From: a phage
NCBI GenBank assembly: GCA_038314665.1
Contig: GCA_038314665.1_3677.1
DNA length: 64,000 bases
Direction: 5' to 3' (one strand)
The notes beneath the pieces are model-generated. The model saw only the letters and a list, made by a program, of their open reading frames with translations. It made no database searches and had not been told where the DNA came from. The translations under genes were made by a program, and so were the position numbers. The stretch's first letter is position 1, and every line of letters starts with the position of its first letter. Shown here piece after piece: positions 29,334 to 39,499 of this stretch.

Positions 29334-30377
29334 ATGACTAAACCAGTTATCTCTCTTGATATTTGGGCCAATCAGGATGTTGTGCTTGAAAATACGGGAG
29401 AATTGAATAAGTCCCAACCAAAAAAAGAAGAGAGACTGAAAGGTTGGGATATGACACAAAGAGTGGCATGTGAAGTTGTTAACTTTGAACTTCACATGCT
29501 TTCTGCGTGGTTAAAGCATTTAACAGAAGATGTTGTCCCAGGATGGGATAATAGATTCTTAAGGGTCACTAATAATCTGGCAGACGTTCCAGACAAAGCT
29601 GCTGCACGTCAAGTTCTCAATGTATACTCGCCTGAAGAAATGGATGACCTTTATGTTGACAAGGCTGGAGACACAATGATCCAGACTCAAACTTTAGGTC
29701 TTCAAAGAATCGAGTTTGCATCCGCGTCAACAGACAATGCGGCGATATACACCACCATAACTTCAGACAAGACGATGATGGATTTCTGGATTATGGACAA
29801 CATCGGTGGTGCTGACGGCACAGACCTTGATGATCCCTCTCACCAAATAGACGGTTTCCGTTGGAGATTTCAACCTTCTGGTGGGCAGCCTGTGTTTTCA
29901 GCTATGAAGCTCAATGCTATAACTGCCAACCGTGCAAGACTGGCTATCCAAGGAAATCTTGAATGCAACGACGCAAAAAGTTCCTCTACAAATGCCAATG
30001 CAGCTACTATACCAAGAGCCACTGTTAATGGACAACAATCCTGTGGAAGCGCTCAAATAGGTGGAAGAGTTGATTGTAACGATGAAACCGTCAGGGGCCA
30101 ATATGCAACAGTTGGTGGAAGAAACGTGGTCCGCAGGGTAAATGGTAACAGCGCAGACGGTATTGGTAACCTTACTATCCCTATGCCCAGCAGAGGGGTT
30201 GATGATGTGAGGATAGCAAACCGTTTCAAAACCACCTACAGAGAGTCAAGAGTCTACCCTGGACATGTGATGTGCTCGGGTAACTACGCTTATAAACACC
30301 CTTATCAAGGTGATTACTGGACAGGTGCTATCCAAAAACTTGTAAATGGTCAATGGATCACTATATCTTATGCTTAA
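29334..30377 (+). CDS. tail fibre protein (copy 2 of the duplicated pair)
   Basis: Paralogue of 27279..28319 (shared GDTM..LGLQRI, FRWRFQP and C-terminal QKLVNGQWITISYA); ATG 29334 with AGGAGA RBS. Confidence 0.6.
   Translation: MTKPVISLDIWANQDVVLENTGELNKSQPKKEERLKGWDMTQRVACEVVNFELHMLSAWLKHLTEDVVPGWDNRFLRVTNNLADVPDKAAARQVLNVYSPEEMDDLYVDKAGDTMIQTQTLGLQRIEFASASTDNAAIYTTITSDKTMMDFWIMDNIGGADGTDLDDPSHQIDGFRWRFQPSGGQPVFSAMKLNAITANRARLAIQGNLECNDAKSSSTNANAATIPRATVNGQQSCGSAQIGGRVDCNDETVRGQYATVGGRNVVRRVNGNSADGIGNLTIPMPSRGVDDVRIANRFKTTYRESRVYPGHVMCSGNYAYKHPYQGDYWTGAIQKLVNGQWITISYA
30333..30362 (+). repeat. 30-nt direct repeat (copy 2), identical to 28275-28304
   Basis: Same 30-mer as copy 1, read directly. 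Confidence 0.8.
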
Positions 30378-30388
30378 AAAGAGGGTAA

Positions 30389-30655
30389 ATGAAACTAACT
30401 CAGTTTTTATGGGGACTGGTTGCGGCATCTGATGACCCTACGAAAGTGTCCCAATCTAAGCTATGGTCAAACATAGGTATGGCGGTGATGACTGGGGTGT
30501 TTATTCATATGGGGTATAATGATACGCTTCCTGAATGGTATGCGTGGATATATGCGCCTTCGGTAGCTTGCCCCCAGCTTATTAGCAAATTCATCTCGCT
30601 CCGGTGGGGTTGCCAGCACCCTGACCACGTTAAAAACGAAGAGCAAAAAGCTTAA
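30389..30655 (+). CDS. small putative membrane protein
   Basis: 88 aa with one hydrophobic segment (IGMAVMTGVFIHMGY); GAGGG RBS; sits between fibre genes. Confidence 0.35.
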   Translation: MKLTQFLWGLVAASDDPTKVSQSKLWSNIGMAVMTGVFIHMGYNDTLPEWYAWIYAPSVACPQLISKFISLRWGCQHPDHVKNEEQKA

Positions 30656-30664
30656 GGAGAAATC

Positions 30665-32410
30665 ATGGCGCAAGACATGACAAGCTTTGAGCAGGCGGTA
30701 GATCAAGTAATTGTTGATTCTGAACGTTTGCACTTGATTGTCAACGGTAACGCTGTGGATGAAGTTGTCGTAGAGGATGGGACCACCATCCCTACGGTAC
30801 GAAAAGCCATGCTTGACACCCTTTATTTTAAAACGCCACCAATCCCTTGGGCGTATGGTGCATCCACAACAGTTTTTAACCAGTTGTATGAGTTTAAAGG
30901 GGATACAGGCACTCAGTGGTGGTACGCTCCAGCAGCATCAAAATCTAACCCGGTTAGGATGCCAGCAGATCCTTCACAATCTCCGAACTGGAGATTATAT
31001 ACCGATTCTGCAGTAATGGCAAAATACTACGCAAAACTTAACAGTCCAAGGTTCGAAGGTGACCCGAGAGCACCTACACCTCCAATGGACGATAAGTCTG
31101 AGTCTATAGCAAACACAGAGTTTGTTGTTGACTATGTTGATAGTATATTTAAAGCCATGGAGGGGATGAAAGTTACTGTAGGATCTTTGGTGGTAAAAGG
31201 TCTTACAGAACTCGCTAACACCATAGTTGGTGGTACCCTTACCTTACATGGACCTGTTAATGGGGCAGATTCTACTGCACGCTTTAGGAATCTAATCCTT
31301 ACGGCAAATACTTCTACACTTACTTTTGCGTGGAGCGATCCTAAGCATGCAGACTGGAGGAGTACAGAGCTGCAACCTCATGAAGTGTCCACCCACAGGG
31401 TTATAGCCGACACTATAACTTCTGGGAAACCAGTGGCTAATAACAACGATGTACATTTTGATGGTCTTGGTAATAACTTTTTTGACTACGTGTACATTCG
31501 TGGTAATGCCATGAAGGCAGCAACCGAACCGACATTGCAGGTCGATGGGACCACCAGGGTTAAGAACCTTGAGGTGACAGGTACCGTTACAGGGATAACC
31601 TACTCTGTCGATGGCACCATGATCTACCCTAGCTATATCGAAAGCACGGGTGATGCATTGATAAATGGCGATTTGGAGGTTGGCGGGTCTGTAGTTATTC
31701 GAGGAACAGCCTCTATCCAAAATATAGCTCTGAATACTCTAAGAGTCAATGAGCGTGCAACTTTTGAAGGGGAAGGGCTTACAGCTAATAAAGGTACAAT
31801 TACCGAGCTGACAACCACCACTTTAACTGCAACAACTGCAAACTCTGAAAACTGCAACGTTACCAGAAACTTGCAGGTAAATGGAGATGTTAGTTTAAAC
31901 GCAGCAGGGACGGGCACCACCTACCTTCACAATCTTGAAATATCCGGCACAGTGACCGGATGGCTGCCAGACTTCTCTAATGTCAATTTTGTCTGTAATG
32001 GCATTAACTCCAGTGGTAAGATAACCACCTCTCAAGAAATTGAGGCTGGTAAAACCATCACTGCACCTACTTTCCACGCAGGGAAGGTAGATTTCGATTT
32101 AGAGGAGGTTGACGCGTCCAGTGGGACATGGACACCTAACGGGCAGGCCAGTATGTATGTTGTCCACGCGAAAGGGGATTTTACAATAGGGCAGTGGCCT
32201 GGGACATCAGCGGAAGATAAACCTTATCCATTCACTGCGGTTATCTATGTAATTCAGGATGCTGTAGGTCACAACGTGACTTTGCACGATAAGTATGCTA
32301 TCCTGTCGGCAACACCTGTTATTAACAACAAGGCTAACAGTGTTACCTTGCTGCAATTAACGTATTGTGGTGTTGGTGATATCGTAGATGTAGTAATTGC
32401 ACAACGTTAA
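30665..32410 (+). CDS. tail fibre protein (P2 gpH/Mu S-like N-terminal motif)
   Basis: 581 aa; N-terminal SPRFEGDPRAPTPPMDDKSESIANTEFV matches the conserved N-terminal motif of myovirus tail fibres. Confidence 0.6.
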   Translation: MAQDMTSFEQAVDQVIVDSERLHLIVNGNAVDEVVVEDGTTIPTVRKAMLDTLYFKTPPIPWAYGASTTVFNQLYEFKGDTGTQWWYAPAASKSNPVRMPADPSQSPNWRLYTDSAVMAKYYAKLNSPRFEGDPRAPTPPMDDKSESIANTEFVVDYVDSIFKAMEGMKVTVGSLVVKGLTELANTIVGGTLTLHGPVNGADSTARFRNLILTANTSTLTFAWSDPKHADWRSTELQPHEVSTHRVIADTITSGKPVANNNDVHFDGLGNNFFDYVYIRGNAMKAATEPTLQVDGTTRVKNLEVTGTVTGITYSVDGTMIYPSYIESTGDALINGDLEVGGSVVIRGTASIQNIALNTLRVNERATFEGEGLTANKGTITELTTTTLTATTANSENCNVTRNLQVNGDVSLNAAGTGTTYLHNLEISGTVTGWLPDFSNVNFVCNGINSSGKITTSQEIEAGKTITAPTFHAGKVDFDLEEVDASSGTWTPNGQASMYVVHAKGDFTIGQWPGTSAEDKPYPFTAVIYVIQDAVGHNVTLHDKYAILSATPVINNKANSVTLLQLTYCGVGDIVDVVIAQR

Positions 32411-32418
32411 TATATCTA

Positions 32419-32446
32419 ACCGCTCCTGACGGGGCGGTTTTCTTAT
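32419..32446 (+). terminator. rho-independent terminator
   Basis: ACCGCTCC-TGAC-GGGGCGGT hairpin followed by TTTCTTATC. Confidence 0.65.
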
Positions 32447-32458
32447 CTGGAGAACACA

Positions 32459-35400
32459 ATGCTTCCAATCCCTTTGCTAAAACTTGGTCGTCATTTCCTC
32501 GATAAGAGGGGTGGAATTAAGGAACTTGCTGTTCTGTCATACCCAATAGACAACAGTGATGGTACAAGCAATACAGTATCCTATGTAAATAGCTTAGCTA
32601 TACTTTTTGATGATGGTCAGCTTAATATTACTGGCTATAATAGGTTCGGAGAGTGTCGGACTGGAGATCTTGATACAATAAACTATCCTAATGAGGCAGC
32701 TTGGAACGTAGACCATGTTTGGAGAGCTGACCGTGCATTTGTAATCCGCACATTCGATAATAAATTTTTCTATATTGGTTGCACAGCTGGTCTTATCGGA
32801 TCTGAGGCAGCAGGTGGAAACGATGTTTGTGTCAGGGAGTGGACACCTTTGCCGGAACAGATCGTAACAGGGTTGCATTTGGACACCCATCCTGAGAGAC
32901 TTGTTGAAGTAATGGGTGGCGTAAACAATACAGTGTGGGTAATTGCCGCACCGGAGGCTGATGGTATGCTTCACCTGTACGGCTCTGGCAATAATACTTA
33001 CGGCTCTCTTCATGTTGACAAAAATCAACACGCTACTCCAGTTAAGATTGGTGAAACATCTGAAAGTCCAGAGACAGGTCCTTGGAAAAATCCAAGAATT
33101 AATTGTGAAGTTCATGACAACTCGGTTATTTTTGGTGGTCCTAACGGATTCTGGATTGCAGGTTACGATTTCTTAAGAAATAACAGCAAAAACGCACTAG
33201 TTTATCCAGCCGAGCATGTGACTCTTGACCAGTTTAAAGGCATCCCGGTAGGCGAGACATGGAAAGGGTTCATGTGTGGACCTAATGGTGCAATTATAGC
33301 CACAGAAAGGATGCACAAACCTGATGACCAACAGCTTGTTAATGTGTTTTATGGTCAGGATGTTTGGGGTGACGACACGTGGAGAAGCCTTAACATCACC
33401 TATACCCATGAAGTAATTATGTCTCGCGGGTACGGGACTAGTGGAATTTTCTTCAATAATGGTACAAAACAGTACCGTGGTTTCTCCAGAAACCTGTGTA
33501 ACGATATTGGTGCTCAATCTGCTAATAATAATCCTAGGGCCAATTTTATTCATTACAGAGCGCTGGCAACAGCTAAGTTTGTTGAACAGACAGAGCCAGT
33601 AAGCTGGACAGAAAGCGTTTATTTTCAAGGGATCCACAGGGAAGGTTTCTTAGGCACATTTTGTGTGGTAAATGGAAAGCTTTGGTGGTCAGGAATACCA
33701 CGTGGTAGTTTTTCAGGATCTAATAACCTCTTTGGCGGCAGACTTAACAGCCAAGGGTTCACAGAGATTCCGGAGAATTGGTATAAAAATGTCCCGGTAG
33801 ATAGCTGGGGTATCGAAGACATCTTTGATGTCAATGGTGTAAGCAATGCTAGCAACATTTACATTGGAGATACTGTCAAGATGAAATTGAAACCTCAGCC
33901 GGAGGGTGCTACGTTCATTATTGACAAGATTGAGTTGGTAAATGCTGCAGGCACTGTTGTTACAGATGCAAACTATCAGTTTTCCACTAACTGGAACCAT
34001 GGTGGTGCTAACGAAGTTGTGGTTACCCAGTATAACCGTAACATCAACAGACGTGGTTTGTATTCTATCAAGATCACCTACCATGACAAGCATGGCACTG
34101 GAAGAACCTATACGACAAGGACTTTGAACTGGAACACTATAGTTCCTGCGTATCCGTCCGACGGCAAGTGGCATACCGTTGGTAGAAACAAGCAGTTCCA
34201 TATTAACGATACTGTATACTTTGGGCTGAATGGGACCCAGCCTGCAGTAGAAGGGGATACATCGTATATGGTCAGACTCCACAGAATGGATGCTGGATCG
34301 GTCACTTATGATGTGACCCAAGAGATCTACGATCAAAGACGCGCCACGTATGACAATATTGTGAAAACACAAGCCTTGTGGGAGTTCAATCCTAATGGCA
34401 AGGGTGGTAAAATGTTGCAGGTTAATGAGCAGAACGGAACGTCGTTGACTGTTCACGAACACCCAGATCCTTGGCCTGACCCTGGAAAACCTCACCCTGG
34501 AGCTCGTACGCTGAAAGTTGTCAGCCATGATGCAGGATATTTCGGAATACGCTGGGAAGCCACAGTAAGATATGCCGACGGGACAACAAACAACATAGGG
34601 ATCACCCTTGGTGGCACTAGTGAAGATAACTCACTGAAAATTGCCTATACCCCTAGAGGCATCTCTATTGATAATATGGATGTTGTTCGCAACGGTTACG
34701 GCGATGTAAATGTCAAAGTTACTCTTGGTGAACATCTCGGTGGGGAAAGGATCATCATGTATGCCTTTGATCATGATCCTCGCACCAACGGAACCTATGC
34801 AAATCAGGCGTGGAGTTACCTGATAAATGCACCTGAGCCGAATACTAAAGAGTTTTATTACGGTATGAAGCGGGATGTGTGCAAGAAAACAGGGACACAT
34901 GATTGGATTGCTATCTGCGTTAAAGATGAACGAACCGCTTGGGACGAGCCTGTTAACCGATGGTTCATAGGGATTCCCACCAGAAGTGATAAGTATGTCG
35001 CAGAATATATTGTGTGCATGGGCGGCACCAACCTGAACTTGTGTTGGAACGAGGATGCAAATAAATACTCTGATTATGACTATATGAGGGATATCTCTTG
35101 CAATCAGTGGTTTAGCCAATCAACAGGTTACCCTCCAAGACAGGCGAGAGTAAACCCTGCAATCTTCACAGACACGCAGGTTTTCTTGACAAAACAGGCC
35201 AACGAGGTTCAGACCTTCAAGAATAAATACGATCCTAACAAGTGGTTCTACAACTGTTACGGCGCATTTTTCTGGGGACCTGGTGAGTTACCTGGTGGAG
35301 GATCTTGCTTGAATGAGGCAACTTACGCCAGTGACTACATCATGGGGCAGGTCAAGAAGTATAAGATAATCCCCGGTCCTGAGACTTTGGGCAATGCCGT

Positions 35401-38086
35401 TGACCCTTATATCATCATGACTGCACTGAGATCAAACATGGATGGGACATCCATGTCCATGCAAATTCCGGTAACAAACGGATACAAACGTGTTGTGATG
35501 ATCATTAAGTGCGACCTGATAGGTAAACAAGTTCTTGCAGAAAACGGGACATCCACACATCCTTTTGAGATCGCTCTACACTATCAGTTTGCTGACTCAC
35601 CTTTTGCAGGGGATAAGAGAATATCTGATACAGACGCACAGCGTTGTAAGAAAGTATTGTTGGGTGCAGGTTGGTGGTGGTATGAGTTTGATTTAACAGA
35701 TAAATTCACCGACACGTCTAAAGTTGTAACAGGACTTCGTCTAGACCTTGGCGAGAACATGCACAAAGCTGTTTGTGATGGCACCTATGGTGACCCTACA
35801 ATATACCTAAAATATGTTTCTTTTGAGCATCCGGAAGATGTTGTCTACGGTCCAAAACTGAGATTGTTTGGCAGCTGGATTGCAAAAGATAGGGTAGGTA
35901 TGGGTAAGAAGGTAAGAGGGTTCTTGGTTGATGCAGGAACAGAAGACATGCTGGTTAATGCAGTATGGCCTGAATTACCTGGGACTCAGTGGGACAACTC
36001 AGCCAAATCTGTAAACTGGTTTAACATTCATAGGGCCATGTGGACCACTAACTGCTACTTGTGGAGAGAGCTTAACGATCAGGCCTTTGGCTTCAGCGAT
36101 GGTAGAAGGATGGCGATCATTTGCTGGACAACACTGCAAAGATGTTATGACCATAACTATGAGATTGGAGGCAGGGAATGGAAAAATATCAGGGACAGAA
36201 TCATAACCAATTTTGCAGACGACAACGGTGGCGGAGCACATAACTTTGGCACAAGCCGACTCATCCATTTGAACGGATCCTCAGCCTACAAGAAAGAAGG
36301 ATACTCTGGGTCCATGATTGAGTGGGGTCTGGTAAAAGATGCTCGTGTGTTGATGGGTCAGCAACTTGCTGCTGCAATAGGGCCGAACGCAGTACAATCT
36401 GTTAAACCAGCGTGGTTCGATATCCCATTATGGTCATCTGGAACACCAGGAACTGCTGCAATCAACCCTACCACTGGGGATTTGGAAATCTCCTGGGAAG
36501 ACTTGAAGCAGGTCGGTGGTTGGGACAAAACAGGGTATCAGGTTCAGTGGTGGAGAGCTGACGGATCTTTAGCCGCTGATGAGTTTGTTAAGGACAATTT
36601 CTACACCATGTCCTCTGCAAAAGCACAGGAATTGTTCGGTCAGGCAACTCCGTCAACGATCACCATGTCTATGTGCTGTAAAGACAACAGGACTGGAGCT
36701 TTGGGGCCAAGGGTTGCTAAGGTTTTCTCAGGTATTAAATGGAATCCCTCTGTTCAAAGTGTTTCATGGAAGCAAATAGGTGATAACAAGCTGCTAGTTA
36801 CCCCCGCCTGTCAGTTCAACGCAACTCTTAACGTTGATCCTGCTGCTGCGGCAAACTCAGCTAAAGCTTCTGACTTCTCTGTGTCTAACACTGCTATGGC
36901 AGATGTGAGGAAGATTGACACGCTGAACGCCAGAATTACCTGTAAAAACACTTATGGCACATTCCAGATCATCAACAACTTCACAGATGCTGATTCTAAG
37001 GTAGTGAGGACAGCAAGCCAGACTCTGAGTTTAGGAACTCTGGCCTATGCAGCCCTGATCACTGAACAGTCGGCAACACTCCAAGGAGGTGGTGTAGGCA
37101 AGTCTATTACAACACCTGTGTGGAAGCCAAATGAGTGGGTTGTGTTTGATTTGACTGTGGACTTCTCTAGTGATAATAACTGGACATGGGTAAGGGATTG
37201 CTTGTCACAACTGATGGGTGGTCCAAGCTCCGTTAGTGATAGCCACGACTCCACTGACCCGAGTGTGTTTCAGGTGGGTAAAACTCACCCGGAGACTGGA
37301 GCAACTTTGCCTGACAGGAAGTATGCTTTGGTTTGCATCTCTAACGGCAAGGCAGATGTCACATTCTCAGGAACACACACTTATAACGGTACATATAACT
37401 TCTCAAGGAAGTATAGTCTTAAGGCAGGGAACATTATAGATGAGGTTGGTCCGTTATATAACCCTGGTAACGGTATAGGTATTGTTGGCGGTTGGTTGCA
37501 AATGCAAGAGCCATCCATAACACCTTCTAATGTTCCTGGCATTATCAAAAAGTGGAAGAGTAATAACGAAACTGTTGCAACAGTCGATCCTAAGACTGGC
37601 AAGGTGACTTTTAAAGCACCCGGTAACGTAGAGATTACCTTCATGGTTATTGACGATGCAGGAACAAAAAGGTCAACAACGTCATTTACTGTTAAACAGA
37701 TGACCCCTCAGTGGTTTATTTGGGAAGGAAATCCTCTTGACGGGGCCTACCCTAGACCTTCAGGAACGTCTAATATGAGGGTATTTACTGGTCCGGTCAT
37801 GGACAATCCGACCACAACCACCAACCCTGCATTTTTTGGTGCTTACATACCTGAAATTATTGGCCTACCAAGGAACCAGATACAACTGCTTTTAGGAACA
37901 GGTGTTGATGGTCTGGCTACTTTTGGGTACAGTGACAACATTGATGCAGCCAGAAGCTCTGGTTGGATTGGATTTAAGTTCCAGTGGAACCCTGGTGGTA
38001 GAACATTAGGCCTCGCAAGTATAGGTGTTATGCTGCCTGGCAACCAGCAATACCATCTCGAAGCTTATACAAACTTCCCTAGTTAA
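32459..38086 (+). CDS. giant virion/fibre-like protein with Ig-like (Big_2-type) domain near C-terminus
   Basis: 1875-aa uninterrupted ORF with GGAGAA RBS; Ig-like segment NETVATVDPKTGKVTFKAPGNVEITFMVIDDAGTKRSTTSFTVK; last gene of the plus-strand structural block. Confidence 0.5.
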   Translation: MLPIPLLKLGRHFLDKRGGIKELAVLSYPIDNSDGTSNTVSYVNSLAILFDDGQLNITGYNRFGECRTGDLDTINYPNEAAWNVDHVWRADRAFVIRTFDNKFFYIGCTAGLIGSEAAGGNDVCVREWTPLPEQIVTGLHLDTHPERLVEVMGGVNNTVWVIAAPEADGMLHLYGSGNNTYGSLHVDKNQHATPVKIGETSESPETGPWKNPRINCEVHDNSVIFGGPNGFWIAGYDFLRNNSKNALVYPAEHVTLDQFKGIPVGETWKGFMCGPNGAIIATERMHKPDDQQLVNVFYGQDVWGDDTWRSLNITYTHEVIMSRGYGTSGIFFNNGTKQYRGFSRNLCNDIGAQSANNNPRANFIHYRALATAKFVEQTEPVSWTESVYFQGIHREGFLGTFCVVNGKLWWSGIPRGSFSGSNNLFGGRLNSQGFTEIPENWYKNVPVDSWGIEDIFDVNGVSNASNIYIGDTVKMKLKPQPEGATFIIDKIELVNAAGTVVTDANYQFSTNWNHGGANEVVVTQYNRNINRRGLYSIKITYHDKHGTGRTYTTRTLNWNTIVPAYPSDGKWHTVGRNKQFHINDTVYFGLNGTQPAVEGDTSYMVRLHRMDAGSVTYDVTQEIYDQRRATYDNIVKTQALWEFNPNGKGGKMLQVNEQNGTSLTVHEHPDPWPDPGKPHPGARTLKVVSHDAGYFGIRWEATVRYADGTTNNIGITLGGTSEDNSLKIAYTPRGISIDNMDVVRNGYGDVNVKVTLGEHLGGERIIMYAFDHDPRTNGTYANQAWSYLINAPEPNTKEFYYGMKRDVCKKTGTHDWIAICVKDERTAWDEPVNRWFIGIPTRSDKYVAEYIVCMGGTNLNLCWNEDANKYSDYDYMRDISCNQWFSQSTGYPPRQARVNPAIFTDTQVFLTKQANEVQTFKNKYDPNKWFYNCYGAFFWGPGELPGGGSCLNEATYASDYIMGQVKKYKIIPGPETLGNAVDPYIIMTALRSNMDGTSMSMQIPVTNGYKRVVMIIKCDLIGKQVLAENGTSTHPFEIALHYQFADSPFAGDKRISDTDAQRCKKVLLGAGWWWYEFDLTDKFTDTSKVVTGLRLDLGENMHKAVCDGTYGDPTIYLKYVSFEHPEDVVYGPKLRLFGSWIAKDRVGMGKKVRGFLVDAGTEDMLVNAVWPELPGTQWDNSAKSVNWFNIHRAMWTTNCYLWRELNDQAFGFSDGRRMAIICWTTLQRCYDHNYEIGGREWKNIRDRIITNFADDNGGGAHNFGTSRLIHLNGSSAYKKEGYSGSMIEWGLVKDARVLMGQQLAAAIGPNAVQSVKPAWFDIPLWSSGTPGTAAINPTTGDLEISWEDLKQVGGWDKTGYQVQWWRADGSLAADEFVKDNFYTMSSAKAQELFGQATPSTITMSMCCKDNRTGALGPRVAKVFSGIKWNPSVQSVSWKQIGDNKLLVTPACQFNATLNVDPAAAANSAKASDFSVSNTAMADVRKIDTLNARITCKNTYGTFQIINNFTDADSKVVRTASQTLSLGTLAYAALITEQSATLQGGGVGKSITTPVWKPNEWVVFDLTVDFSSDNNWTWVRDCLSQLMGGPSSVSDSHDSTDPSVFQVGKTHPETGATLPDRKYALVCISNGKADVTFSGTHTYNGTYNFSRKYSLKAGNIIDEVGPLYNPGNGIGIVGGWLQMQEPSITPSNVPGIIKKWKSNNETVATVDPKTGKVTFKAPGNVEITFMVIDDAGTKRSTTSFTVKQMTPQWFIWEGNPLDGAYPRPSGTSNMRVFTGPVMDNPTTTTNPAFFGAYIPEIIGLPRNQIQLLLGTGVDGLATFGYSDNIDAARSSGWIGFKFQWNPGGRTLGLASIGVMLPGNQQYHLEAYTNFPS

Positions 38087-38094
38087 CAGGAGGC

Positions 38095-38130
38095 AAATAA
38101 AAAAGGGGCCGTTTGGCCCCTTTCTTTTTA
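38095..38130. terminator. bidirectional rho-independent terminator between convergent genes
   Basis: AGGGGCC-GTTT-GGCCCCT hairpin flanked by an A-run upstream and T-run downstream. Confidence 0.8.
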
Positions 38131-38133
38131 TAA

Positions 38134-38334
38134 TTAGTAATATTCCCAACACGACCCATCTTCAGACGGCTGGACACGCCTACCTTCATGATCGACATAG
38201 GTGTAACCACAGCCTTCACAGATAACAGGTGCCGCGTAACCTTCCTTCCACTGGTCTTCTGTGATCAGTCCTTTCAGATCTCCGCAGTCACGACCAAACA
38301 ACTCTTCAGAACAATCTTTGCAAAAATCAGCCAT
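38134..38334 (-). CDS. small Cys4 zinc-ribbon-like protein
   Basis: 66 aa with CxxC (FCKDC) and CxxC (CEGC) pairs. Confidence 0.45.
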   Translation of the reverse strand: MADFCKDCSEELFGRDCGDLKGLITEDQWKEGYAAPVICEGCGYTYVDHEGRRVQPSEDGSCWEYY

Positions 38335-38337
38335 TTC

Positions 38338-38784
38338 TCAGTCCTCGCATTTAACAAATTTTTCTACAGATCCACCAAGCACAGCTTGCTGTTTTATGGC
38401 ACTTTCTTCATCATAGTGGATAGACTTATGTTCCGTACCTCCAAACTTACCTGTGTGGAAGGTGTGCACCCAAATCTCTTTAGGAAGGGATTTATTCTCT
38501 TCCTCCACCAACTCCCACATACCCCACAAGTGATCTGTGATATCTTTGATGAAATATCCCTCTCCTAGGTTTGTATTCACACTATAGGCCGATTCGTGAT
38601 TTCCGCAAATATAACGGAAGGCAGTGTACTCTTTTCCTGGTGTGAAGTGGGTATCCATTAGTATAGCTGTTAAAGAATAAGGGTCTCGAAAGCCCAAGAA
38701 CTTTAGTTTAACAATTTCGACATTTACATCTGCAAGATTGTCCATGACGATCTCCTCTGTTTGGTTGGTGAGATAATCATACAT
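38338..38784 (-). CDS. phosphoesterase-like protein (partial calcineurin-like motif GNHE)
   Basis: 148 aa containing ICGNHES, reminiscent of metallophosphoesterase motif; other canonical motifs not evident. Confidence 0.35.
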   Translation of the reverse strand: MYDYLTNQTEEIVMDNLADVNVEIVKLKFLGFRDPYSLTAILMDTHFTPGKEYTAFRYICGNHESAYSVNTNLGEGYFIKDITDHLWGMWELVEEENKSLPKEIWVHTFHTGKFGGTEHKSIHYDEESAIKQQAVLGGSVEKFVKCED

Positions 38785-38909
38785 AGATCTGATGTTAGGG
38801 TCAAGCTTAATTTTAAACTATTTTGGAGAGGTATTTTGTTCAGGAGGGTAATCACATAGGATAGGGCAATTTATGAAGGCACAGGCCTCTTTTGAGGCCT
38901 TAAAATCGA

Positions 38910-39293
38910 TTATGACACTTTGACGTAGCGCTCCGACAGAGCTGGAAAGCCAAAAGCAGTACCTATACTACCGTATGCTACCCACCATTGAAGTTCATCG
39001 TGACACCATTTTCCGATCAGGAAGGTGCTGGGGTAGCGGGTCAGTATTTTGGCATAAGCTTTAGGGTCTGCATCCTCTGGGATAATGATGCTTGGAACAT
39101 CTTTGTTATGACCGCAGCAGCAGTTTAGAGTTTTCAGTCCTGCCGCCCATAGACTTATGATAGGCTTAGCCATGCACTTATCAAGGCACACACGTTTTTT
39201 GCCGTCTCGAAGTTTTTTAGGCACATCAACGATAACATTTGGATGCTTGGCACCTTTCACTTTCCAATTATAGGATTTACACTTGCACATCAT
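38910..39293 (-). CDS. hypothetical Cys-rich protein
   Basis: 127 aa with CKCK and NCCCGH clusters; GGAG RBS on minus strand. Confidence 0.4.
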   Translation of the reverse strand: MMCKCKSYNWKVKGAKHPNVIVDVPKKLRDGKKRVCLDKCMAKPIISLWAAGLKTLNCCCGHNKDVPSIIIPEDADPKAYAKILTRYPSTFLIGKWCHDELQWWVAYGSIGTAFGFPALSERYVKVS

Positions 39294-39324
39294 TTAATCA
39301 GTCTCCATCTAGAAAGCAATACTT

Positions 39325-39495
39325 TACTTAAAATCTTTGTCACCTATTACGATTGCACGAATCCACTCATTGTGATGTTTAATGGCGGTAAGGTGCAACA
39401 TAATGCAGCGATTGTCATTACTAAACACGGTACGGTAAGCTTTAGCAGCACCATGATATAACTTCCACATCAGGTAATGATATCTTCGCCTCATA
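39325..39495 (-). CDS. small hypothetical protein (56 aa, not in six-frame track)
   Basis: Translated by hand from minus strand: ATG at 39495 four nt after the HAD gene stop, GGAG RBS, TAA at 39325-39327; fills a 200-nt gap. Confidence 0.3.
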
Positions 39496-39499
39496 GCTC

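Noticed and set aside
33713-34528. 271-aa minus-strand ORF inside the 1875-aa gene (and similar antisense ORFs such as 5914..6423, 32594..33115, 23912..24487, 57023..57718)
   Set aside because: Fully embedded antisense to long, well-supported plus-strand genes, with no RBS or motif; treated as frame artefacts
38866-38884. AGGCCTC-TTTT-GAGGCCT hairpin downstream of the 38910 minus-strand gene as a terminator
   Set aside because: No U-tract follows on the minus-strand transcript; left uncalled
39243-39461. 72-aa plus-strand ORF in the minus-strand island
   Set aside because: Runs against local gene orientation with no RBS; a 56-aa minus-strand ORF with GGAG RBS occupies the same gap more plausibly
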